This document shows positions 47,408-58,300 of a stretch of 64,000 nucleotides of DNA, one piece after another. The translations under genes were made by a program, and so were the position numbers. How positions within the stretch are numbered: position 1 is the stretch's first letter; each line of letters opens with the position of its first letter. The stretch lies in the NCBI GenBank assembly GCA_965655095.1, contig OZ296657.1:78740001-78804000 (forward strand), in the 5' to 3' direction. This stretch comes from Haplodiscus bocki (Eukaryota). Under the pieces are notes generated by a model, which was not told where the DNA came from, did not search any database, and worked only from the letters and a program-made list of their open reading frames with translations.

Positions 47408-50400
47408 TCAACGTTGTGGCTGTGTTTTGCCCGAACGATTGGGGGAATTGAAATCAGTAAGATTTGTCGGCAAGTTTGACATAAATAAGGGTTGTGCTGG
47501 ACGCTGTTGCATCGTCGATGCTCTCAATGTTCGATGTTCCTGTGGCGTTTGTGAAGCAACGCGAAGCTTTGCGGTGGCTTGATCAATGATTTTTCGTTTG
47601 CGAGAACGTCCACCAGGTCGACTTGTCGGAGTACTTGGGGAAAACGTTTTGTTTGACAGTCTTTGAGAAACAGGTGAGCTGGAAAGAATATTAGTTCGGT
47701 TTTTGGTTGTTGAAGTCGACGTTGGTGTGATTGTGGTGCTTTGTTCTGAGTTTTGGGCGTACGGGACTGTCGAAGCAGGTGTGTGCGGGACTGTGACTGT
47801 CCCCATCGGGGGTGTTGCTATTGCAGGTGTAGGACATGGTATTGGGAGGTTGCTACCTGAGAAAGTCTTTGCTATGGAAGGCGAAAATTGTTGAGGTGTT
47901 GGTAAAGATGGCCACTCGGTGTAGTAGGTATGATCGATATCATTTCGAGGAGTTGAAGACCTAAGCGTCCGATTTCGAGTTGGTACATTAGAAGTTGAAG
48001 TCACAATTTCAGGAGTTGTTTCTCTGGTCGGGATGTTCGTAGTGGGGGGCTTCCTTCGGAATGGTTTCAAACGGTCGTAATGTAACATGGATTCTTTTCC
48101 TGTACTGACTTCTTTGATTCGATAGTTCACGTCATTCAAGCCTTTCAGTATAGTGTAAGGACCACGCCATGGGCTAAAAAAACTTGGGGCTTCGGCCAAC
48201 CGGTACCACTGGCGTATGTAAAAGCACTTCTTGTCCGTCTCGGTGGGTGGGGCCTTGTACCTTGTGAATATATATGGCGTTACGCCGTCGCTGATTCTTG
48301 TTAAGATTGTCGTGGACCAACGCAAATGCTCGCTGAAAAGCTTGTTTTCTCTGATGGACAAACTCATGAACATTAGTTGGACAATCGGATTCTGGGCTCG
48401 GAAACATGAGATCCAAAGGTATTGAAGTTTCTCGACCGTGCACCAATAATTGTGGGGTGTATCCCGTGGATTCATGCACAGACGATCGATATGCCATCAT
48501 CACGTAAGGGAGTTGTTGTGACCAGTTGTTTTGGTCTGCGTTTATGCACTTCGCGAGCATATTTTGGAGGGTGCGGTTCATACGCTCAATGACCGCATTA
48601 GACTGAGGATGGAAGGCGGTCGTACCAGACTTGTCTATCTCAAGGAGAGAAAGTAGGTTCTTGAAAAGTCGAGATTCAAACTTGCGTCCTTGGTCACTGT
48701 ATGCTATGTGGACAACCGAAGCGACTAATCTAATGTTCTATCAATGCAGTGGCAGTTGTTGATGCCCTCTGGTCCGGTAGTGGTACAGCTTCATACCATT
48801 TACTGAAGTGGTCGCCAATCAAGCGGATTACTTTGTGTCCGTTGGATTCCGGTAACGGTCCCATGAAGCCAATGCCAATGTGGCGGAAAGGATAGCTAGC
48901 TTCCCAATCTACAAGAGCATGGCGATGTGTTTTTGGTGGGTTACTTTGGTGGGTTACTTCGTGTCTGACATTGGGGAGAACGACTGACAAAAAGTTTCTC
49001 ATCTTCTTGGAAACCGGGCCAATAAAATCTTCGTCTAATTTTTTCGGTAACCTTCGCTACACCTAAGTGTCCGCCAGTTGAGGAAGAGTGATTAGATTCC
49101 AAAAGTTACTCTACCATACTCTGAGGAACTATTAGTTGAAAAGAAACACGACCGTATGTGGGGTCAAATTTACGACAAAGTGCTCCGTCTGATATACAAA
49201 GACTGCTAAATTGATTATAAAGTTGCCAAGCTAACCGTGGGCTACCCTGGAGGTCGTTGTTTCTTGGTACACGTGACTGTCGAACCCAATCTTTGACCAA
49301 CTTCAATGATTCGTCTCTATCTTGCGCAAGTCGGATACTTATGGTGAACGAGGGGTTGGCATGATCAGTCACACTGTTATTGGAGGCTTCTTTTAACTCC
49401 GTGGAGTCCAACATATACACTGTGAGACGTATTTGCGATGTTGCGAACTCCTCCTTTAACATTATGCGGACTAGGTGCCATTCTAGTTGGTCGATACCAC
49501 AACCAAGTTTGGGCATACTGACTGCTTTGACATCATTGTCTTCTGCATGACGTCGAAGGGCCACTAGAGACGTTCGCAAGGAGCAATATGTTGGTTTGTC
49601 GAAAACTCGAACTTTGGTTAGAAGATGGTAGATGTATCGTTGACTTGACTCCAGAAATTGTGGGCAAAGTGATTTTTGATGCAGAGTGTCAAGTTTCAGG
49701 TAGTTTGTCGGATACTTTCGTCGAAAAGTACGGGCGATTCCAGCACTCATCTTGTAGTCCGAGGAGACACAGTGAGCGAGAGAAACGCTGGAGCTGAAGA
49801 TATCGCCAACTTTTTCATGGTACTCGAAGGTTTGAACTTCAGTGTTCGGATTAGCCAAGGAAGACGGATTCGGTGGCTGTGGAACTGGATGAGGGGTAGT
49901 AAGGACTTCAGTTGTTAGGGTCAATTCCTGGTTTGGCATTAGGCCATTCATCTTCCACTGTTGGCTTGACTTCTGAAAGATCAACCACTTTGGGATCGTG
50001 GTGAATTATCTGCACTTTAGCTTGAGGAATGCGGGACAACCCATCGGCATGTCCAATTGATTTTCCCGGTTTGTGTCGGACCTCGTAATCGAAGGCGGCC
50101 AATTTCTCGAGCCACTTTGCTGGTAATCCGTCAGGGCCTTTGAAGTTGTGGAGCCACTGAAGTGCTCGGTGATCCGTAACGATGGTAAACTTGCGACCCA
50201 AAAGATAATGTCGAAAATGGCGTGTGAAGTGGACAATTGCTAAAAGCTCCCGCTTGGTTGCAGAATATCGGGTTTGAGCTTTCGAGAAAACCTTGGAAGC
50301 GTAGCAAATGGCACGTTCTTTGCCATTTTGAACCTGAGCGAGAACAGCGCCCATTGCAGTCAAGCTTGCGTCTGTGTACAAAATAAAAGGTTCTTTCATT

Positions 50401-52263
50401 GATGGGAAATCTAAAATGGGAGTTGTTAGGAGGCGTGCTTGCGGAATTTCGAAAGCTGTCTGTGCCTCAGGTGTCCAGCTGAAGGAAGGACTGGACTCGA
50501 TTAATTTGTGGAGTGGTCGAGCAATTTCGGCAAAGTTTTCAACATAACGGCGGTAATATGAGCAAAGACCCAGAAACGACTTTACCTCTGTTTGACTGGT
50601 GGGGATGGGGAATTTTTTTACTGCAGCGATTTTTTCGGGATCTACCTGTAGACCATTGGCGCTGAGGACATGTCCCAGAAAGTGGACTTTGGTTTTGAAG
50701 AACTCGCATTTCAAAGATTTATTTTGAGATTTGCTCCACGAAATCGTTGGAGGACGGCTCGGAGTCTTTCTAAATGCCCTTCAGGGGTTGCGGCCAAGAT
50801 AATACAATCGTCCAAGTAAGTAACAGTGGTCGTCCATGTCAGACCTACCAGGACATGTTCCAATAAACTTTGAAAAGTGTTGGGACTTCCCGTGAGACCC
50901 ATAGGCATTCGGAGCCATTTGTAAGAGTCAAAGGGGGTGCTAAACGCTGTGAAGTCTTGACTCTTTTCATCCATTGGTAACTGATGAAAGCCCCAGTACA
51001 TATCAATCGTCGAAAAGAAAGCACTTCCTTCTAACGTGTCGAATATTTCTTCAATTGACGGTATGGGCCAACAGGACTTGATTGTTTGTTGATTCAGTTG
51101 TCTGTATTCTATTACTAATCTCAACTTACCATTTTTCTTTGGGACCAGCATGGCTGGTGCGCTATACGGACTATGACACGGCATTATAAGCTCTTTGTCA
51201 AGAAACGCGTCAATCTTTTCTCTTAGATCTTGCTTGTAGTGGAGAGGTAGTCTTCGATTCGGTAATTTGACGGGCTTTGAACCCGGGTAAAAATCAATCT
51301 TGTGACTTGTGGCATCGCACTTGCCGATGTCCCATTGATTTTTTGAAAAAACATCTGCGAATTCTTGCACAAGTTCAGCGAACTTATGCCTCATTTTGAT
51401 GGGTATCGCCGGACTGATTGAGTTTATAACGTGCTTGAGGTCATACGACTCATCAACTTCATTTGTTTTTGACTTCGGTGGTGCGGAAACTATGTGGTTC
51501 AACGCTTGTTTTGGAAAGATTTCAGAGGTACCCAATGTTGTGTTTTCGTATACCGTAATCACTTCATCCCAGGTTTTTTCAATTGTGACCGTTACATTTT
51601 CTTCTGCGAAGTTTAAAAGGACGCTGGGGACCACGGCGTTTTTCAAAGTACTTATTCGTGCCACCGGCTCAAATAGAGCGGGCATTTCCGTCAATGGTCG
51701 TTGCCATTCTTGTATTCGGGCTGGCAAAATCATGGCATATCCAGCCGGCACGGAGACTGTCACCGTCGCTATCACCCGAAAAACTGTGTTCACTTCGTGA
51801 TTGAATTTACGGTTATACAATGGTACATGATTCTTGGAATCCAAGCGAAGTAGATCTTTGGAAAACAAGGGGTCGCATTTGTTAGTTCTCAAGAAGTCTA
51901 GTCCCACAAGACAATCTGCTTCTGAATCGATGAGCACGTGAAATTCGTGTTCGTAGTGTTTATGACCGATTGTGATCGGTAGGCGAACTGTTTCTCTTGA
52001 AGTAATTGGCAGCTTCTTTGCAGCCACGAGTTTGGTTTTCGTCGCCAAAAGTTTCAATTTACCCCCAATTTTTGAAGCTTATCAAAAACTTTTGAGCTGA
52101 GGCAAGACAGACTTGCTCCACACTCGCAGACTGCTTCGATGGTTTCATCACCGAAAACAGTCATTTTTAGAAACACACTCCCGTGATCAACCACGGAACT
52201 GAGTGTTTGAATTTGTCTGCGCGGCGACCCGTGGGCGTAGACTTTTCTAATTTGAAGAATCAT
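47408..52263 (-). pseudogene. pol: Element B pol: protease, RT, RNase H, macrodomain, integrase; disrupted
   Basis: PR AVCECGASLSCL (like DSGA); RT PYSAPAMLVPKKNG, MPMGL, YLDD; RNase H LYTDAS...TDHRAL...ADGLSR; IN FMGPLP, MNRTL, YRSSVHESTGYTP; WRGPY motif. Confidence 0.95.
49409..49828 (-). CDS. TARG1/OARD1-type macrodomain within element B Pol, between RNase H and integrase
   Basis: GDIFSSSVSLAHCVSSDYKMSAGIARTF...RYIYHLLTK...KPTYCSLRTSL...SMPKLGCGIDQLEW...IRLTVYML is end-to-end similar to OARD1, with no stops. Confidence 0.93.
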
Positions 52264-53408
52264 TTCTTTTGGACCTGCAGTCCCTTCGGAAATGACCGGG
52301 TTTCAGACAATTGAAACAAGCCTTGTGGTCTTTGGAATTATGGTTTGTTCTCTTGCAATGCTTACATGCGCTCTTGTTACTGTCGTGTTCATTTCTCTTC
52401 TTGCGCTGTCTACTTGAGCCATTGTCCCGATTTTGGTTATCGGACCTGCGAAAGTTCGTCCTTTCTCGTTCTTGAGGAGATTGGAACCTAACAGAGCGAG
52501 TGCTACTTCTAGAATCATTGCTCAGTGAACGTGACCGCTTCATGTTCTTATTGTTATTGGAGCCTGGTTGCCTTTGGGTACTTTGCAACTGTGAGTTTTG
52601 CAAACTGTGACTCAACAAGCGAACAATTTCTTCCAAAGGTTTCCTTTGATGTACCCTGTGCTACTCTGTTAACACTTTCTGTTACTGCGGAATTTCCGTT
52701 CTCAATTTCTAAAAATGCGTTGAGCTCCATTGCGGCAGTTGAGGCGTCGTCCGGTGTTTGCGGTTTCGCTTTCGGCAGTTCCCACCGCGGAGTTTTGTCG
52801 CTGAGTCCTTCTACGAACGTGGTCAAGACCATTGGGTCTATCATTCCAGGAAAATCACGATATGCACGCCTAGCAAGGGTGCGGACATCGCAGAGGAACG
52901 CTGCGATATCTTGCTTGGGTTGCTGTTTCGCAGCTTTAAGACGTGCTTTCAAAATGTCGCCATTGGTTGTGTATTTCTGTCGGAACGCCTCAATCAACAG
53001 ATCATCAAAATTTGTCTGTTGTTCGAAAAACAGTGTTGTGAAGAAGTGAAGGGCGTTTTCCTTCAGGCGAAGGACGAAGTAATGCGGTCGGTTGTCATGA
53101 GTGTTGGAGTGCCATCCTGACAAGAGGGCGGCTGTGTTGAACTGTTGTTAATAATCTTCAAAATCGCTTGTGCCTGTGAAAGACTCAGGCATTAGGCATG
53201 AGGGGAGCGGAGTGACGTATGGGAAGCCTCGTCCTCCTTGTGGACTGGCTGGCATTGCAAAGAAATTAGCACCCGTGGTGTTTGAAGTCTGGGTGTTCGT
53301 TATTCCGATGGCTTGGTGATTACTTCCAGCTGAGTTACCTGGATTCTTCTGAGAATGTTTTTGTCCTTGTTGGTTAGTAGGCGTCGTTGGAGGAGACGAG
53401 TTTGACAT
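52247..53408 (-). pseudogene. gag: Element B gag with two zinc knuckles, disrupted
   Basis: MPESFTGTSDFEDY*QQF...LRLKENALHFF...TFVEGL; knuckles CKHCKRTNH and CFNCLKPGHFRRDC. Confidence 0.92.
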
Positions 53409-54478
53409 TTTGCTCCAATTTTTTTTGTTAGAAAAAATTTTAGAGTCGGTTCATTCTTCTTGAGGTGAAGTTTATGGGAGCACACTCAGGAAACCTGAGG
53501 AGGATGGATTTGGCACATGTAGGGAAAGAATTCCAATATGCGAACGCCAAATGTTTGCTAAGTTGGGAAAGAAATGTGCAGACGATGATTTTACACTAGA
53601 AGTTTGAGTGCTGGGAAGAAAGGGGAGTTGAGGTTGTCCAGTTAGATGTTTCCAATGATGCATTGCTTCCAAGCGAAGATGAATACTCATTTGGTGGGGT
53701 GTGAACAAGAAATCTAGTAGTTGCGACAAAGGAATTTTCAAAAATTTTGCTCGGCAGAAGTAACACGGTATAATGTATGTTTCAGGAACGGCATTCGAAA
53801 ACACGGACACAGGGATGCAAAAAGTGAACATTTTTTGTGACTAATATTGTTGTTAAACAGGGGTTTTATCACTTTCTGAGGTTTGAATGCTTTGACAATT
53901 AACGTTTACACGGTTTACTTCGTACGAAAGACCGCAAAGTGCTAAAACGATCATCAGCAGCGCGAAAGTTTGAACGATAATCAAGAAAGTCAAAAAACAG
54001 GTCGAAAACGTCGGTCCGGAACGGGCTTCGTCGTAAAAAGGCGGCGGACCGATCGATCGAGGTTTTTGATGCGGTGAGACGTACAGCGGCAGATGCGAAT
54101 GAAGGTGAGAACACGGCATTTATAAAACTTTACCAAAACGCATCAAGAACCAGAAAAATCAGAAAAAGAAAATTCGTTCTATCTAAGTACTCACGTGCGT
54201 GTCCTATTACTTAGGGGAATGAAGGATACTCGGTCAGCTTTGCCAAGACTCGCATGAATGCGGGAAAATTGCCAAAAACACGCCGAAGCGGTAAGGACAC
54301 AGCAAAAGCTGGAAAACTAGGCACGGACTAGGTCCGGAGAAAGAGATCTTATCGGCATCACTGGAAAACCAAGAACAAGCAAAAGAAAGCTCTACAAGGG
54401 AAAATGGGTCTGGGCCGGACAAATGATTGAAGAACTAAGTGAATTTTACAGTTTTAGAGAGAAATTTTCAACAGAGAC

Positions 54479-54496
54479 ATCCCTCTCCTGTCACCA
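54479..54496 (-). promoter_or_regulatory. Element B primer binding site, tRNA-Leu type
   Basis: Minus strand TGGTGACAGGAGAGGGAT, 1 nt after the LTR; 16/18 match to the complement of the typical animal tRNA-Leu(CAG) 3' end (TGGTGTCAGGAGTGGGAT). Confidence 0.85.
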
Positions 54497-54497
54497 T

Positions 54498-55140
54498 TTT
54501 AACAATCGATTGTTTTCGTTCTTTTAATTTTATTTTGAATAGCTATCGAAATGCGCGGGGCGATTGTTGGGGTTTTGAAGTTGCTATCTCGTGGCGTTGA
54601 AAAGGGGGAGATCTCTTTTGAAAAACAAATTTGCAAAAAGAAGAAACGGCTTAAATTAATTTTAGTTATAAACAGAATTTTTACATTCTGTGCAAGATAT
54701 TTTGTCAGGTAAGATAGAATGAAAAAAAACTATTCGACTTACATTTCAGTGGTTGAGGGTGGGTCTGAATAGCTGAGTTTTTACTTTTTCGATTTTTTTG
54801 TTTCTCTGCAGCTGCAAGTTGCGAGTCAGGTGAAGAGCAGACGTAAACAGTCAAAATAAAACAATAATAGCTCATGAATAGTAATATTTAAAATAAAGCA
54901 ACAATAGAATTAAATAAAATTCACATTTGCACTTTCAATATGCAGGTGAAATTAATAAATATTAAAGCGCTAAGCACAAAGACATATGAACGTGTTTATA
55001 TTTTTAACGGTTATAAAATAACACAAGAAAGAAATTGCAGCAGTCTTTTTTATTGTATATGTAGCTGAGTCTTTCCCTTTTTTTGAAAAAGACATTAAAA
55101 AAGATATGAGTCATCGATTTCTTTTCTCCGTTCCGTTATA
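54498..55140 (-). repeat. Element B 5' LTR
   Basis: Direct repeat of 43676-44316, adjacent to the PBS. Confidence 0.95.
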
Positions 55141-55207
55141 GTTATAACACAGTGATATTAGTTATCGATTTTCCCTTTCTCCGCTCCGTTATAGTTATAA
55201 CACAGTC

Positions 55208-55340
55208 CTTTTTTTGTCCGATGCTTTCACAACTTACACAAGTGCCTAGATTTTGACCAAAGATGAGGTAGTGGCCTAGGCTCGAACCATGGACCTTTCG
55301 CGCAGTAGTCGCTTGCTCTACAAACTGAGCTATTTTTGCT
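55208..55340 (-). mobile_element. tRNA-derived SINE head or tRNA pseudogene
   Basis: Minus strand A box TAGCTCAGTTTGTAGAG (55316-55332) and B box GGTTCGAGCC (55279-55288) at tRNA-like spacing. No clean acceptor stem; followed by non-tRNA sequence and an A run. Confidence 0.65.
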
Positions 55341-58300
55341 CCAGACATGGCAATTTCATGTTGAATTTAAAGTAAATTAACTAGTGTTCCGTTGTTGGAA
55401 GTGTTGGGAAGCACATGTTTGCCCCGGATTTAAGCCCATGTTCCGAAGCTCTTTCTCGCTCGCCAGAAACTGTCATTGAGAACAATCAAAACCTTAAGTA
55501 TGAAAATATAAAATGGTGATAGTTGGGAAACTCCTAATCCTGCAATGCAATCAAGAACTACTATCGTTTTTCGTCCGAAAAGCCCACTTGAGTTTCCCTA
55601 CCAGCGATTCGCGGCGGTACCTCACCATCACCATCCACAAAGCTGCGAAATTAAAACGGAAGAATCGGCAGTGTCATGAAACATTGGCGAGAAAATCAGT
55701 TTTGTCTGTCGTATGTACTGTGTGGTGCTTCAAGTTTCGATGGAGACAAGTTGTTCAATGTCTTGCTTTCAATTCCACGTTTAGCGTACAAAAATCTCCG
55801 TTGGAGCTTTTGATTTCTGTTCTACTCCCTAAGAACATTGAACAGCAAAGTCGAATTTCAACATGGTTGCCTCTGATTTGCTTTAAGTCACAGACAAAGG
55901 GTGTTTCAAATTCAACTAGACGAATACAAGCTGTTTTGCGCTTTAGTTGCTATTCAGTTATTTTATGCTTCAATCGAGTTCCGAAGATTTTGGAGAGTTT
56001 GAAGCCAGTTTTGATGTAGTAATTTGATAAGTCGTTTTTTATCAGCTTTCTTTTGACAGAATTTTTCAAAATTCACGTGGGGTGTGATCGGTTCTGATTG
56101 TCTTACTCTACATGCGTATTTTCTTTTGAGTTATTTTAAAACTTTCAATTCGGCTTTCGACGTAGTTTCGTTTTCTTTTCTGCCAGTTTTTGCTTTTTTC
56201 AATTTTACTTTCAGAAAAGACGGAGTTGTATACAACTGTGGTCTTTGATTTTTTTTGTTCAATCGGGTAGCTCTGTTGGCATTTCCTCAATCTGCGCTGG
56301 TTGTTTATCGATCCAGTATTTCTGGAAGAATTGACGAAAACCTTTCAGAGAACATTCAACTTTCAGCAAGTAGTTTCCAATTTTTTTCTCAGAATCTTTG
56401 GTCCAAGTCTGAGCTATTCTTTCGAAACTAGACACACGTCTGATTTTCAGGTTTCTCTAAATGAAATTTTTTATATCAGCATTTCTCGTTCTGTTCTCTT
56501 TCAAGTTGTAACTTCTGAGTCTTTTGAACTCAACACTTGGGCTCAACGTCAACTCACACTTAGTCCTTATTCTTGCACCAGAATAGAAAGTCTTAAAGAT
56601 CCGGAAAGCTACTGAGGGGTGGTTAGGCTGTAGCGGCAATTACAATTATTAGTAAGATAGCAAATTCTCTTCCGGATTGCGCAGCACCAGATGCAGTTGT
56701 TGAGAAAACTCGTTCTGTCCAAGACGTAGCGCGCGGTGAAATTATACGTTCTGCTGAAGAAAAACGGTCGAGTCAAATTTGGCGACAAATCAAAATTATG
56801 CCTGTCGGGTTACGTGCAAAGCTGCCTGAGCAACCGCAAAAAAACTAGCGATGAAGATATGGCGCGAAAACAATTATTCATTCGCATTCAATGCAAAACT
56901 CATGGTTCCGCTACGGATGCGTTCATTCAAATGGGCTTTCCAGTAGTATAAACTCGTGTTGCCGCCCTATCAATATTGAGCACTAGTCAAGATGCCATCC
57001 GTTGTAAACGAAATGTTCACAAATTCGAAAAACGCAATACAAATTCAACTAATCAGCTTTGAAAAATATCAGCAACAAAAAAGCCGCTGGGTTTCCACAA
57101 CACTGTGGTCAAAATTCGAAGCCTTGGTTTTTTGAAAGGCTGCTTCTGTGGTGTTGTACGAAGATTCAGAGGACCTCGACCTAATTCTCTACAGCCCCTG
57201 GGTCAAAAACTCAATCAGAGCAGTTTTTCGCCTCTATACCAATCCCAATGAAACTATAACGATCCATGTGTTTCGCCCCAAAGTTCAAATTCTTTTTTCC
57301 AACCCGAAATCCAGTTTCCAGGCTCACAACCACTTTTCATTCTCGAAGATTGAATTTTCAAGCGAGACCAACGTTTGAAATGTTTACGCCTGAGCCTAAT
57401 TGGATGCCGTACTCACAGCATTTCACAAGTAAGTGTCGTAAGTGTGGTTTTCCAGTTCACCCAACAACATTTGGTACCGTACGGGGAAATCGTCCACGAC
57501 GTGGTGTGCAGTTTCAATTTAATGAAACTCTAAGGAAAACGAATATGCAGCGCAAGCATCAAAGGCCTCTTTTGTAGCGAATTTGAAGTCGAAAAATAGG
57601 CGCGAAGGTGCTTAGTGCAAAGATGGTGATAGTACTCAACCTCTTGATTACATCACTGACCACATGCCTATGCAATGCCATAGAGCATATAGCAAAATCC
57701 AGAGGGATTAGACAGCGAACAACCAATAGAGATAACAGCGCAGGCTCGGGGTAACTAATCTAACTTTAAACAAACATTAGCTGAAAATGAAGATTTTTTC
57801 ATCTCAAAAGTCAGCTATAGGCAGCCGCTGTTTAGCAATTGCCGTCTCAGAGCAGCAAAGTTCCACACCTTGACAACTAAGGCGTTAAATAGAGAAATAT
57901 GAATCTGTAAACAAAAATTCTTCCCGAAAATCCGTGTTTTCAGAAAACTGGACTAAAAGATTTTTCGCGCAACCCGAAGGTTACAGCGACACTGATCAGA
58001 TTTTGAGGGTTATTGGGAGACACACACTGGTCGAGGCATTTTCCCAGGTGATGAGAGTCGCGCTAAATTGTAAGGGGCAAAAACATTTGAAAAAAACTGC
58101 TGTGCATCTAAATAGTACCTTGGCCAGACCACGAATCTACGGCAGAGCGTACTCTGAAAAACTATCGGCTTTCTCTCCAGGCAATCCAGTGGTCGTCACT
58201 AAGCCCGTTCTACTTTTATTGCTTGTAGAACAGGATAAAAAGTCTGTGTGAAAGTCGAAAAGTCTGATGGAAACCAATCTTTCGGCAATAAATCCATACG

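Larger units (their letters stand above)
43676..55140 (-). mobile_element. Element B: near full-length env-bearing Ty3/Gypsy LTR retrotransposon, decayed, about 11.5 kb
   Basis: Two ~640-bp LTRs, TSD GTTA (43672-43675 and 55141-55144), PBS, PPT, gag-pol-env plus accessory ORFs. Confidence 0.96.

Noticed and set aside
55270-55340. Functional tRNA gene
   Set aside because: A and B boxes are present, but acceptor and anticodon stems do not pair convincingly; treated as SINE-like or pseudogene.
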